From the NCBI RefSeq assembly GCF_051594785.1, contig NZ_JBPPGI010000006.1:90827-154826 (forward strand): DNA of 64,000 bases. The letters run 5' to 3'. Positions 29,719 through 39,967 of this stretch are shown piece after piece (position 1 is the first letter of the stretch; every line of letters begins with the position of its first letter). Made by a program: the position numbers and the translations under genes. Under the pieces are notes generated by a model. The model was given only the letters and a program-made list of their open reading frames with translations. It did no database searches and had not been told where the DNA came from. The stretch is from Gorillibacterium sp. sgz500922 (GTDB taxonomy: Bacteria > Bacillota > Bacilli > Paenibacillales > NBRC-103111).

Positions 29719-29753
29719 AACAAAAAAACAGGAGGTCGGAAACCGCCTCCTGT
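29719..29753 (-). terminator. Rho-independent terminator
   Basis: CAGGAGGCGGTTTCCGACCTCCTG plus T7 on the minus strand. Confidence 0.65.
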
Positions 29754-29803
29754 GGGATGAAACCGGCTGAGCACCGACCTTCGGCCGAGTCTGATCAACG
29801 GGT

Positions 29804-30586
29804 CTATTTGCCCTGCGCGTACGTAAGCGGCGAACCGCAATAAGGACAGGCCCGGGATTCGCCCGGCTGAAGCAGCGTCCCGGAGCCGCAGCCGGGGCAT
29901 TGCACGACCATCGGCTGCGGGAGAGGGCGCTGCTTCTGCTCCTTCATCTGCTTGATGCCGTTCTCCACCCCTTGCAAAGCCGCCGCCAGAAGCATAGAGA
30001 CCGCCCCCGGCTCCGGTTCATCCTCGTTCCACGGTTGATCGTCCGGCTGCGAGTATCCGGTATGGACCGGCTGGGAATAAACCGGCTCGTTCGCCGGCGG
30101 GTAGTGGAATTGAACGCGTCCGCCGAAGATGGAGAAGTTGGGCAAGAGGCCATGCTCCCTCATGCGGAGCAGGTCGTTCTCGACCCTCTGTTTGTTCAAT
30201 CCGCCCACTTCCGCCGCAAGGTCCGAGATGGAAGTGACCTTCTCCTGCATGAGCAGCACGCCATAGCGGTCGTAGCGATCGCCCAGCCGGCGCGTGGCGC
30301 GGCGGCCGCGGACCTTGCAGTAGATGCCGCCGACGAGGCATACGAAGAACATCGCCGTGAACCCATTCCCCAAGGGGGTGTCCAAGTAGCGTCCCCCGTA
30401 GCTGAGGAAGAGGAGCGACATGAGAAACAGCAGCGTTCCGGTCAGACGCCAGTCCTTCACATTGTGATAGCTTAAATTCCGATGCAGGTAGTAGCGAAGC
30501 AGCAGGAACGGAATTGAGCTCATGTAAAAAATTGTCATAATAAACAACAATACGCCGTTGATGCGCATTTTGTCGCCTTTGTACAA
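29804..30586 (-). CDS. Membrane protein with a cytoplasmic winged-helix-like segment and a C-terminal CxxC...CxxC zinc ribbon
   Basis: TTG start preceded by AGAGGAGGAA (an ATG six codons downstream is the alternative). Three TM helices. C-terminal CPGCGSG...CPYCGSP. Confidence 0.5.
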   Translation of the reverse strand: MYKGDKMRINGVLLFIMTIFYMSSIPFLLLRYYLHRNLSYHNVKDWRLTGTLLFLMSLLFLSYGGRYLDTPLGNGFTAMFFVCLVGGIYCKVRGRRATRRLGDRYDRYGVLLMQEKVTSISDLAAEVGGLNKQRVENDLLRMREHGLLPNFSIFGGRVQFHYPPANEPVYSQPVHTGYSQPDDQPWNEDEPEPGAVSMLLAAALQGVENGIKQMKEQKQRPLPQPMVVQCPGCGSGTLLQPGESRACPYCGSPLTYAQGK

Positions 30587-30630
30587 GCGGTGTTCCTCCT
30601 CTGAATGGCTTTCAGGGCCGGTTGGCCTCT

Positions 30631-31362
30631 CTATTTAACGGCGAGCAGCTCACGGTTGCGCTTGCTCAATTCGGCGGCGATGTCTTGGATGAACCGGGCC
30701 GCCAGCTCCCGGTTGCCTTGCGGATTCGCGGCGTCCCGCCCGCAGACGCACGCCTCCAGCTGCTCGGCCTGCCAGAGCAGATCGCTCTCCCGGCTGACCA
30801 GAGACGGGTGCGACACCGGGTCGCTGTAGCGGAGCTGCTCGCATAGCGCCCGGATGTCGCGGAGCAGTTCGGCTTCTTCCGGCAGCGCCCGGCTCTCCAG
30901 ACAGACGGCCGCCGACTCGACGCTGTGCCGGATGCGGCGAAGCGGGTCGGTCCGGACGCGCTCCTCGTCCCGCTCCGCAGCATGGTGCCGCCGGTAGCCT
31001 TCCGCGACCGCGAGGGCGCCGAGGAACAAGGCGAGTACGAGGAGGTGCAGGATCAGGTAACGCTTAAACGCCAGCTGCAGGAAGCCCCAGCCGACAATCG
31101 TTACGGCGACCGCGGCAAGGCCGTAGAAAGCCGTCAGCACAAGGCGAGGCAGGTAAGCCGGAACGGAGAAATCCCGTTCCCGCTCCCGGCCGAACAGGCC
31201 GGCGGTCTGCCGGATCAGCGCGATCCCCGCCGCCGCGATCACGACGGTCGTCAACCACCAGCGAGCCGAAGCGTATCCTTGCCGATCGATCCAAGAGAAG
31301 ATGCCGAACACCGCCAGGGTGAAGAGCGCCGAGAGGAGGACCGGCCATCGTTTAACCGTCAT
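30631..31362 (-). CDS. Hypothetical membrane protein
   Basis: The start at MTVKRWPVLL follows GAGGAGG; four predicted TM helices, then a charged C-terminal domain. Confidence 0.5.
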   Translation of the reverse strand: MTVKRWPVLLSALFTLAVFGIFSWIDRQGYASARWWLTTVVIAAAGIALIRQTAGLFGRERERDFSVPAYLPRLVLTAFYGLAAVAVTIVGWGFLQLAFKRYLILHLLVLALFLGALAVAEGYRRHHAAERDEERVRTDPLRRIRHSVESAAVCLESRALPEEAELLRDIRALCEQLRYSDPVSHPSLVSRESDLLWQAEQLEACVCGRDAANPQGNRELAARFIQDIAAELSKRNRELLAVK

Positions 31363-31373
31363 ACTGCGCCTCC

Positions 31374-32627
31374 TCAGTCGAATTCCGAGCCGCACTTGCG
31401 GCAAAATTTATCGCCCGGATAGACCTTCTCCTGCTCGCACCAGGGGCAGGTCTCCAGCAGTTGATGGCGGCAATGGGGACAATAGACGGAGTACGAATCG
31501 CCGACGTCCGTTCCGCACTGCGGGCAAGGCCGGTATTCGTCGCCGCATTCCGGACAGAACTTCGAACCGGCGGGAATCGGCTTGCCGCAGTCGTCGCAAA
31601 CCGGCTGGACTTTGCCCGCAGCGGTCCCGTTTCCGGCCGGAGCGGCGGCCGCTGCCGGCGGGTGCAGCGCCGTCCCGCATTTGCGGCAGAAGGAAGAATC
31701 CGTTTCATTCGCCGTGCGGCAGGACGGGCAGGTTAGCGGCCCCGCAGCGGGGCGAAGCTCGCCGCCGATCGCTCCCACGGCTTGGGCGACCTGGCCCGCG
31801 AGCTGCTGGCCGACGCCGACGCCGATCATCGTATCCATCACCCCTCCGCCCATGCGCGGAGCCTGCGCCCCCGCCTCAAGGACCTCGAAGCTCTTGCCCT
31901 GCTGGTAGGTGTAGCCGATGATGTCCATCTCCGCCTTTTGCGCAAGCGCCTGCTTCAAGCGCGCCGTGGTGGCATCGTCATCCGGAATGTTGATCGAATC
32001 GATGGTGAAATTGAACAGTTGCAGGCCATGCTCCCGGAAGGTCGGACGGATCTTCTCCTCCAGAGCCGCGGCGATTTCCGAAGCGTACGCATGGAGCTCG
32101 AAGAGGCTGACTTTCTTCAGCACCAGATAGCCGGCCAGAATCTCCTTAATGTTCATCAGCAGGATGCCGCGGAAGTAGTTCACCAGCTCATCCTGGGTCA
32201 GCCGCGGCAGCGTGCCCACCAGCTTTTGCAGGAATTTGCGCGTATCTTCGATCTGAATCCCGAACTGGCCGAAGGCGCGGACGGAAATAAACGTCTGGTA
32301 TTTGGGCTCCTGCACCTGGATGGGCGTAGGCGTTCCCCATTTGACATCCAGCTTGTTCAGCTTGTTCACGTACCAGATCTCCGCCGTAAACGGGGAATCC
32401 CCGCCGAAGGGAAGGTTGATCAACGAGGACAGAATCGGAATGTTCTCCGTCTTCAAGGTGTGGCGTCCCGGCCCGAACAGGTCAAGCGCCTCTCCCCCCT
32501 TAAACAGGAGAGCTTCCTGCGATTGGTTGACGATCAATTGAGTCCAGCGGCCCAGCTCCGAGTTCGGGTACTTCCATACCAGCACATCGGGCGCTCCGTC
32601 ATATTTCACCACGCGAATCAGTGCCAA
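31374..32627 (-). CDS. SPFH/band-7 domain protein with C-terminal zinc-ribbon repeats
   Basis: TTG start after GAAGGAGTGA. An SPFH core, then three CxxC...CxxC ribbons (CPSCRTAN, CDDCGKPI, CPQCGTDV/CPHC). Confidence 0.6.
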   Translation of the reverse strand: MALIRVVKYDGAPDVLVWKYPNSELGRWTQLIVNQSQEALLFKGGEALDLFGPGRHTLKTENIPILSSLINLPFGGDSPFTAEIWYVNKLNKLDVKWGTPTPIQVQEPKYQTFISVRAFGQFGIQIEDTRKFLQKLVGTLPRLTQDELVNYFRGILLMNIKEILAGYLVLKKVSLFELHAYASEIAAALEEKIRPTFREHGLQLFNFTIDSINIPDDDATTARLKQALAQKAEMDIIGYTYQQGKSFEVLEAGAQAPRMGGGVMDTMIGVGVGQQLAGQVAQAVGAIGGELRPAAGPLTCPSCRTANETDSSFCRKCGTALHPPAAAAAPAGNGTAAGKVQPVCDDCGKPIPAGSKFCPECGDEYRPCPQCGTDVGDSYSVYCPHCRHQLLETCPWCEQEKVYPGDKFCRKCGSEFD

Positions 32628-33147
32628 AAGCGTTCACTCCTTCTTCCGGAAGCAACGTCCGAACCGGCCAAGTCCCATGCGGCCCTCCGGCTTCCGTCTC
32701 TTCACGAATCTCTATTCCCCGTCAGGAAAGGAGATTCCTTCCGATTTTCGGAAATTTTCGACAGGCGGAAGGCTTATTTCAATAAATGGGCACAAACGCG
32801 GACCTTCGTTTGGAAGAGACCGGCCTATTCGAGAAAAATGAAACGCAAACAGCGCTCCCGAGCGAGAGGCATCCCCAAGGGAGATGCGCCTGGCTCGGGA
32901 GCGGTGAATGCGTCGAGTACATGATAAAAGCGCAGGAGTTTTGGCAGGAGTCCAGCAGCGCAAACCGCCAGCCTGCAACGCGCAGGCAGTCTTGACGGTG
33001 CCGCCAGGAAACCCCCTTCAAAAGTTCCGACATCGTTCAACAATCTCGCGAGAATCTTGATGAACTATGTCATAGACGAGAGAAGAGAGACAACTCTATG
33101 ATGAAGGGGATTGTGAAATAAAACACTATCTGAATGGAGGTTGTTTT

Positions 33148-34173
33148 ATGCGAAGAAAGATTGCGGGTTCCTTGGCACTAACGCTTACCATCCTCATGTT
33201 GGCGGCGACCGCGCTCCCGGCGTTTGCTGCGGAGGTGCCTGCCGGTAAGTACACGTATTTCGTATCCGGCGAGACGGGAACCCAATCGAACAAGATTGAA
33301 CTGGAGGAATATGACGACAACCAGACGTTCCGCGACATTCTGGCGGAGCAGAACTACAAGATCGTGCTGGTGAAGGACGGCGCCGAGATCAAGTTTACTC
33401 CGAAGGAAACCATGAAGGCCGTCGTCAGCTATTATACGGTCGACGGCAGCTACGGCGGCGCGCTGACCTGGACGATCAACGGAAAGGAAGAGATGGTCAG
33501 CGAGGTTCCGGCCAACAAAACGGCCACCGTCCAGCTGAACAGCCGCTATGGCGGCTATACGTGCGATCTCTATTATGTATTTAGCTTCGGCAAAGGCGAC
33601 GAAAGCACCAAGATCATCTACATAGCCTCCGGCAAAGCCGCCGAATCGACGCCTAAACCCTCTGCCACGCCGACGCCCGCTCCGGCCGAATCGACGCCGA
33701 CGCCGGCCCAGCCGACGCCGACTCCGACCACTACGCCTACGGCCAAATCGGTGCAAACCGCGAATGCCGTTCCTTCGGTATCGAAGGTTCTGGTGAACGG
33801 GAAGTCGGTTTCCTTTGAAGCTTACAGCATCAACAACAGCACCTACTTCAAGCTTCGGGATCTGGCGAAGGCCGTGAACGGAACCGAGAAGGGATTCGAA
33901 GTGGGTTGGGACGGGGAGCATAACGCCATCAGCCTGACCTCGGGCGAAGCCTATACCGCGGTTGGAGGAGAGCTGGCCGTATCGGCGAATCTGAAAACCA
34001 AGAAAGCGACCCTGTCATCCGCCAAGGTTTACCTGGACGATGAGGAGATCCAGCTTACCGCCTATACCATCGGCGGCAACAACTACTTCAAGCTGCGCGA
34101 CCTCGCCAAGGCGCTCGACATGGCCGTCACCTTCGATGCCAAGACCAACACGATCGGCATCGGCAGCAACTAA
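33148..34173 (+). CDS. Secreted protein with a Pro/Thr linker and two copper-amine-oxidase-N-terminal-like repeat domains
   Basis: Signal peptide, PT-rich linker, and a duplicated ...NNYFKLRDLAKA... motif typical of PF07833-type domains in Paenibacillus surface proteins. Confidence 0.65.
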   Translation: MRRKIAGSLALTLTILMLAATALPAFAAEVPAGKYTYFVSGETGTQSNKIELEEYDDNQTFRDILAEQNYKIVLVKDGAEIKFTPKETMKAVVSYYTVDGSYGGALTWTINGKEEMVSEVPANKTATVQLNSRYGGYTCDLYYVFSFGKGDESTKIIYIASGKAAESTPKPSATPTPAPAESTPTPAQPTPTPTTTPTAKSVQTANAVPSVSKVLVNGKSVSFEAYSINNSTYFKLRDLAKAVNGTEKGFEVGWDGEHNAISLTSGEAYTAVGGELAVSANLKTKKATLSSAKVYLDDEEIQLTAYTIGGNNYFKLRDLAKALDMAVTFDAKTNTIGIGSN

Positions 34174-34203
34174 ACCGGACTCCGCTGACAAAAGGCGGCT
34201 TGC

Positions 34204-34247
34204 GAGCTTGTAACTTGGCTCGCAAGCCGCTTTTTTGCGCGGTCGGC
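34204..34247. terminator. Bidirectional terminator closing the EPS operon and the plus-strand gene
   Basis: GGCGGCTTGCGAGC..GCTCGCAAGCCGCTTTTTT. Confidence 0.7.
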
Positions 34248-34263
34248 GCAGGACAGGCATTCC

Positions 34264-35431
<1,168 letters not shown>

Positions 35432-35439
<8 letters not shown>

Positions 35440-36145
35440 ACAATCCCTCCATTCGAAATAGCGGCCTCACGACCGGAATGTCCCGCAGCTCCTGCAAGCG
35501 GGCGATGCGGTAATGCGCTTGATGGCCGGGAGCCAAAACGGCTCCCGCCGCGCTGTAAAGGCCGTCGCCCCGGTCGATGTGCACGGTGGTCCAGCCGAGC
35601 CGGTTGGCGGTCACGAAGTCTTTGGCCGGGTTATCCCCGATATACAGGCAGCGGCGGTGGGGCACCTGCAGCAGGTCGCTCGCCGCCTCGTACGGAACCG
35701 GGCTGGGCTTCCAATGGCTGCGGCCGAACAGGTCCGTAAGAATCACCGCCTGCATCCGTTCGCGGAGCCGGAGCGCCTGAACCTTGCGCTCCTGGGTTTC
35801 CACGTAACCGTCGGTAATCAGGCCGAGCTTGACCCGGCCCTCCAGCCGCTCGAGCACCCATTCGGCGTCCGGCAGCAGGGTGAGGATGGGGCGATGCTCC
35901 CGGTAGCAGGCGACGCAGTCGGCGATCAGCCGGTCGTCGTAGGGGAGGCCGAGCCGCTCGAGGGTCCGGTTGAACAGCCGGCTCTTGTCCTGCCCCTGGT
36001 AGAGGAGAGCGGCGGTCTCGAAGAACCGCTCCTCTCCGCAGAGTCCGCGCAGGTACTCGCCGACCGCGCGGAAGCCGCTCAGCGCGTACTGCTTCTCGGA
36101 AATTAGCGTGTCGTCCAAGTCGAAGACCACGGCTTGAATGTCCAT
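35432..36145 (-). CDS. HAD-IA family hydrolase
   Basis: MDIQAVVFDLDDTL (motif I DxD). Confidence 0.7.
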
Positions 36146-36149
36146 AGGC

Positions 36150-37139
36150 TCACCCGCAGAAGACCGCGTCGTCGTAGCGGTACATGCCCAAGTTGTCTTT
36201 CCAGCCGTAATCGGGCTCGCCGAGGTCGATTCCCTGACACATTTGGATCGTCCACAGCGGAAAATCCGCCCCGGCGGCGATGGACAGCGGAGCGCCGCCG
36301 CCGAAGCGGGGATTGATCTCGATAAAGGCGATGCGGCCGTCCTCCGCTTTGAAGCATTGCAGGGTGATGCAGCCGACCGCGCCGGGCAGGCATTCCACGA
36401 CGGCCGCCGCCGCTTCGAGGAGCGCCGGGTCCTTGCGGGTGATGCCTTTGCTGACCTCGCCCGCCCGCGTCTCCACCCGGAGCCGGGGAACGATGGTCTT
36501 GATCCGGCCGTTCCAGTCCACGAAGGCGTCGAGGGTGTATTCCTCGCCCAGCGCCAGCTCCTGGACCATCGCGCCCGGTATGTATTCCTTGAAAAAGTCC
36601 AGCTCGCGTCCGTTCTTCACCAGCGTCACGCCCTGACCCGAGCTGCCGGTGCGGGGCTTGACGATCAACGGAAAGCGGTGCTCTCCCCGTGCCAGCTCCC
36701 CGTCTGTGTACACGCGGGGCGTGGGAATGTCATGCGCGCAGAAAAACTGGTACGTGTTCGCCTTGTCGAAGGCGATCTCGTTCAGCAGCGGGCTGGAAAG
36801 CAGAAGCCGAATGCCCGCCTCCTCGAAGCGGCTGCGGTTCTCGGCGAGGAGCGTCAGCTCGGTGTCGATCAGCGGAATGACCGCCGCGATCTGCTCCTCC
36901 CGGCAGATCTCCAGCAGCCGGTCGAGGTAGGCGGGGTCCGTCACCCGCGGGACCAGGTAATGCCGGTCGCTGTAGAAGGCCGTAGGCGCCGTCGCCTTCA
37001 GATCGGCGGTGACGACCCGGCCCTCGAGCCCGTGCCGGCGGTACGTTTCTTTGAACTCGCGGATCAGCGAGACCCGCCGCCCCGAGCTCGTGAAGAGCAA
37101 GTTAATCGGTTCCAATGGATATGCCCCCTTCTTCCCCAT
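36150..37139 (-). CDS. ATP-grasp domain protein (carboxylate-amine ligase type)
   Basis: ATP-grasp fold sequence features (pre-ATP-grasp N-domain, ...GSSGQGV... loop). Confidence 0.65.
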   Translation of the reverse strand: MGKKGAYPLEPINLLFTSSGRRVSLIREFKETYRRHGLEGRVVTADLKATAPTAFYSDRHYLVPRVTDPAYLDRLLEICREEQIAAVIPLIDTELTLLAENRSRFEEAGIRLLLSSPLLNEIAFDKANTYQFFCAHDIPTPRVYTDGELARGEHRFPLIVKPRTGSSGQGVTLVKNGRELDFFKEYIPGAMVQELALGEEYTLDAFVDWNGRIKTIVPRLRVETRAGEVSKGITRKDPALLEAAAAVVECLPGAVGCITLQCFKAEDGRIAFIEINPRFGGGAPLSIAAGADFPLWTIQMCQGIDLGEPDYGWKDNLGMYRYDDAVFCG

Positions 37140-37154
37140 CGCTCCTGGCTGCGG

Positions 37155-37307
37155 CTACCCGTCCAGCCGCGTCGAATGAATGATTTGCCGCTTCAGCTCT
37201 TCAATGGCCTCGCGGACGCCCCAGTCCTGGGACTCCTCTCCCTTGCGGGAAACGTCGAGCATAATCGCGAGCAGGTCGTCCTGCGAAAGCTTGCCCAGAT
37301 CGTACAT
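37155..37307 (-). CDS. Small 50-aa ORF (MYDLGKLSQDDLLAIMLDVSRKGEESQDWG...)
   Basis: Below the track's size cut-off but in a clean gap between the ATP-grasp gene and galE, in the operon orientation; function unknown. Confidence 0.3.
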   Translation of the reverse strand: MYDLGKLSQDDLLAIMLDVSRKGEESQDWGVREAIEELKRQIIHSTRLDG

Positions 37308-37343
37308 AGCCGTGAACCCCCTGTATCTGTCGTATTGCTATCT

Positions 37344-38393
37344 CTATACCCGTCCCAAGCCCGCCGCTAACGCAGCCGGCGAAACTCCGTAGCCGTAAGG
37401 ATTCTGCGACTGCCAGCGCCAGGCGTCCTCGCACATTTCGGCGAGGCCCCGTTCCGCTCTCCAGCCGAGCAGGGCTTCGGCCTTGGCGGTGTCGGCGAAG
37501 CAGATCGCCACGTCTCCCGGACGCCGCTCCGCCAGCGTGTAAGGGACGCTCTGGCCCGAGGCCCGCTGGAACGCTTCGATCAGCTCCAGGACGCTGAAGC
37601 CTTGGCCGGTGCCGAGGTTGACGGCGTCCGCGCCGGTGGCTTCCGCCGTCCGTTCCAGCGCCCGCAGGTGACCGATGGCGAGGTCGGTCACGTGAATGTA
37701 ATCGCGGACTCCCGTTCCGTCCGCCGTCGGGTAGTCGCCGCCGAACACCTTCAGGAGCGGCAGCTTGCCGACGGCCACCTGAGTGACGAAGGGCATCAGG
37801 TTATTGGGAATGCCGTTCGGGTTCTCGCCGATGCGGCCGCTCTTGTGCGCGCCCACCGGGTTGAAATAGCGCAGCAGCATGATGCTCCAGCGCGGATCGG
37901 TAAGGCTGAGGTCGCGAAGCATCTCCTCGATCATCTGCTTCGTGCGCCCGTAGGGGTTGGTCGCCCCAAGCGGAGCGCTCTCCGGAATCGGCACCGTCTC
38001 GGGCAGGCCGTAGACCGTGGCCGAGGAGCTGAAGACGAGCCGGAAGACACCGTGCTCCTTCATCGCCTCGCACAGGTTCAGGGTGCCGGTGATGTTGTTG
38101 TGGTAATAGCGCAGCGGCATGCCGACCGATTCGCCGACCGCCTTCAGCCCGGCGAAGTGCAGCACCGCTTCGATGGAATGCAGGTCGAACACGCGGCTGA
38201 GTCCTTCCTTGTCGAGCAGGTCCACCTCGTGAACCGCGAGGGATTTGCCCGCGAGCTCCTCCACCCGCACCAGGGCTTCCGGATGGCTGTTGGAAAAGTT
38301 GTCTACGACCACGACGTCGAAGCCGGCCTCCAAGAGCTCCACGCAGGTATGGCTGCCGATATAGCCGGCGCCGCCGGTTACAAGAATCGCCAT
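37344..38393 (-). CDS. galE: UDP-glucose 4-epimerase
   Basis: MAILVTGGAGYIGSH Rossmann motif and YxxxK; the start overlaps the flippase stop. Confidence 0.85.
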   Translation of the reverse strand: MAILVTGGAGYIGSHTCVELLEAGFDVVVVDNFSNSHPEALVRVEELAGKSLAVHEVDLLDKEGLSRVFDLHSIEAVLHFAGLKAVGESVGMPLRYYHNNITGTLNLCEAMKEHGVFRLVFSSSATVYGLPETVPIPESAPLGATNPYGRTKQMIEEMLRDLSLTDPRWSIMLLRYFNPVGAHKSGRIGENPNGIPNNLMPFVTQVAVGKLPLLKVFGGDYPTADGTGVRDYIHVTDLAIGHLRALERTAEATGADAVNLGTGQGFSVLELIEAFQRASGQSVPYTLAERRPGDVAICFADTAKAEALLGWRAERGLAEMCEDAWRWQSQNPYGYGVSPAALAAGLGRV

Positions 38394-39955
38394 CAGCGGA
38401 TCCCCTCCATAGGTTCGATTGGTTTGATGCGTTTGGCGCCGAGCGGCAGCCTCGCCAGGAAGCCGCGGGCGACGCCGAGCAGGTATTTAAATTCTTCCGT
38501 GCGGAAGAACACGGCGGCATAAAGGACGTTGAGCGCCGCGAAGCTGACGGCCGCCTTGACGAGGAAGGACAGCCAGCCTCCCGCGGGAAGCAGGTCCGCC
38601 AGGAAGTCGACGGCCGCGAAGGCGCCGAGGCCGATGGCCGTATAGACCAGGTAGCGCACATAATACTCGCGCAGGGGCCGCTGGAAGACCTTTTTGTAGA
38701 CGAGATAAGGGGTGTACCAGAACGGAACGGCGACGGCTCCGATCAGGCTGCCGAGGAACACGCCGGAGATGCCCATCCACCGGACGAGCACGACCGCCGC
38801 TCCCAGATTGACGGCCGCCTGCACGAGCGGGGCGAACCGGTCCTCGTGGAAGATGCCGGCGGTGGTCTTGACCGTCGAGATGGTGCTGCGCATGCCCCGC
38901 TCGTAGAAGACCAGCAGCATCAGGACGACGGCGACGTGCCCCATCAGGAACTTCGAGCCGATCCAGACGACGATGAACGGCCCCATCAGGATGTAGAGCA
39001 GAATGGCGAACATCGAGTACAGCCAGAAGTTGACCAGCATGGCGACGTTATAGACGGAGTACACCTTCTCGGTCGATTCCTTTGCCACCAGGTTGCCGAT
39101 GCTGTGGTACATGTTGTTGAAGATCTGGCCCACGAAGGTCCGGCTGATGTCGATCAGCATCTTGTAGTTGGAATACAGTCCCACCGCCGCTAGGCTGACG
39201 AAGGAGGAGATGATCAGGCTGTCGGCTCCGAATACGAAGTAGCTGCCGATGTTCTGCAGCACAATCGCCTTCACGTTGCGGACGATCGAGTGCCTCGTCT
39301 CCGGGTCGAGCTTGCCCGCCGCCGGCTCCTTCAGGAACGGATAGCGCCGGCTGACGATGCGGTTCAGCACGAGCGAGGTCGTGACGGTGAGCAGACAGTC
39401 GATGACGAGGAACAGGATGTAGTTTTTGGTGTAATACAGAATGGCGATTTTCAGCACGGCCGAGAGAATCGCGGAGAGCGAATAGGCCACGGTGACGACG
39501 TAGGTTTTTTGATTGACGTTGAGAAAAGACAGCCGGCTCTGGAACAGGTAAGGCATCACCGTATTCACCAGGAAAATCAGGAAAATCAGGTGCACGTGAG
39601 CCACGCTGGCGTCCTTGACGAAGAAGCCGAGGAAGGGCATGAGCGAAAGCCCCAGAAGTCCGACGGCGAGCGCGATGACCAGGTAAGCCTTGCGGTAAAG
39701 CTTCATCAGCACCTTGATGCGCTCCACGTCGTTCTCCGCCACGGGTTTGTACAGGTTGTAGACAATGCTCGCTCCGATGCCCGCCTCGGCCAGCGACAGC
39801 ATGGCCAGGATGCTCGTGAACAGGCCGTTTACGCCCAGGTACTCCACGCCGAGGGTGGAGATGAACACACTCCTCGAGATAAAGCTCAGCAGCGTGATGA
39901 TCAGCTGGTTGCCGATGCCCGCCAGGATATTGATGAATGTGCTGCGAACTCGCAT
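38393..39955 (-). CDS. Wzx-type oligosaccharide flippase (polysaccharide biosynthesis protein, MOP superfamily)
   Basis: 14 predicted TM helices; EpsK-like. Confidence 0.75.
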   Translation of the reverse strand: MRVRSTFINILAGIGNQLIITLLSFISRSVFISTLGVEYLGVNGLFTSILAMLSLAEAGIGASIVYNLYKPVAENDVERIKVLMKLYRKAYLVIALAVGLLGLSLMPFLGFFVKDASVAHVHLIFLIFLVNTVMPYLFQSRLSFLNVNQKTYVVTVAYSLSAILSAVLKIAILYYTKNYILFLVIDCLLTVTTSLVLNRIVSRRYPFLKEPAAGKLDPETRHSIVRNVKAIVLQNIGSYFVFGADSLIISSFVSLAAVGLYSNYKMLIDISRTFVGQIFNNMYHSIGNLVAKESTEKVYSVYNVAMLVNFWLYSMFAILLYILMGPFIVVWIGSKFLMGHVAVVLMLLVFYERGMRSTISTVKTTAGIFHEDRFAPLVQAAVNLGAAVVLVRWMGISGVFLGSLIGAVAVPFWYTPYLVYKKVFQRPLREYYVRYLVYTAIGLGAFAAVDFLADLLPAGGWLSFLVKAAVSFAALNVLYAAVFFRTEEFKYLLGVARGFLARLPLGAKRIKPIEPMEGIR

Positions 39956-39967
39956 AACAATCGCCGC

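Noticed and set aside
32630-33147. Small ORFs (69-88 aa, both strands) in the 520-bp divergent intergenic region
   Set aside because: No RBS or domain. The region is better interpreted as promoter or leader, and was flagged instead as a possible structured RNA.
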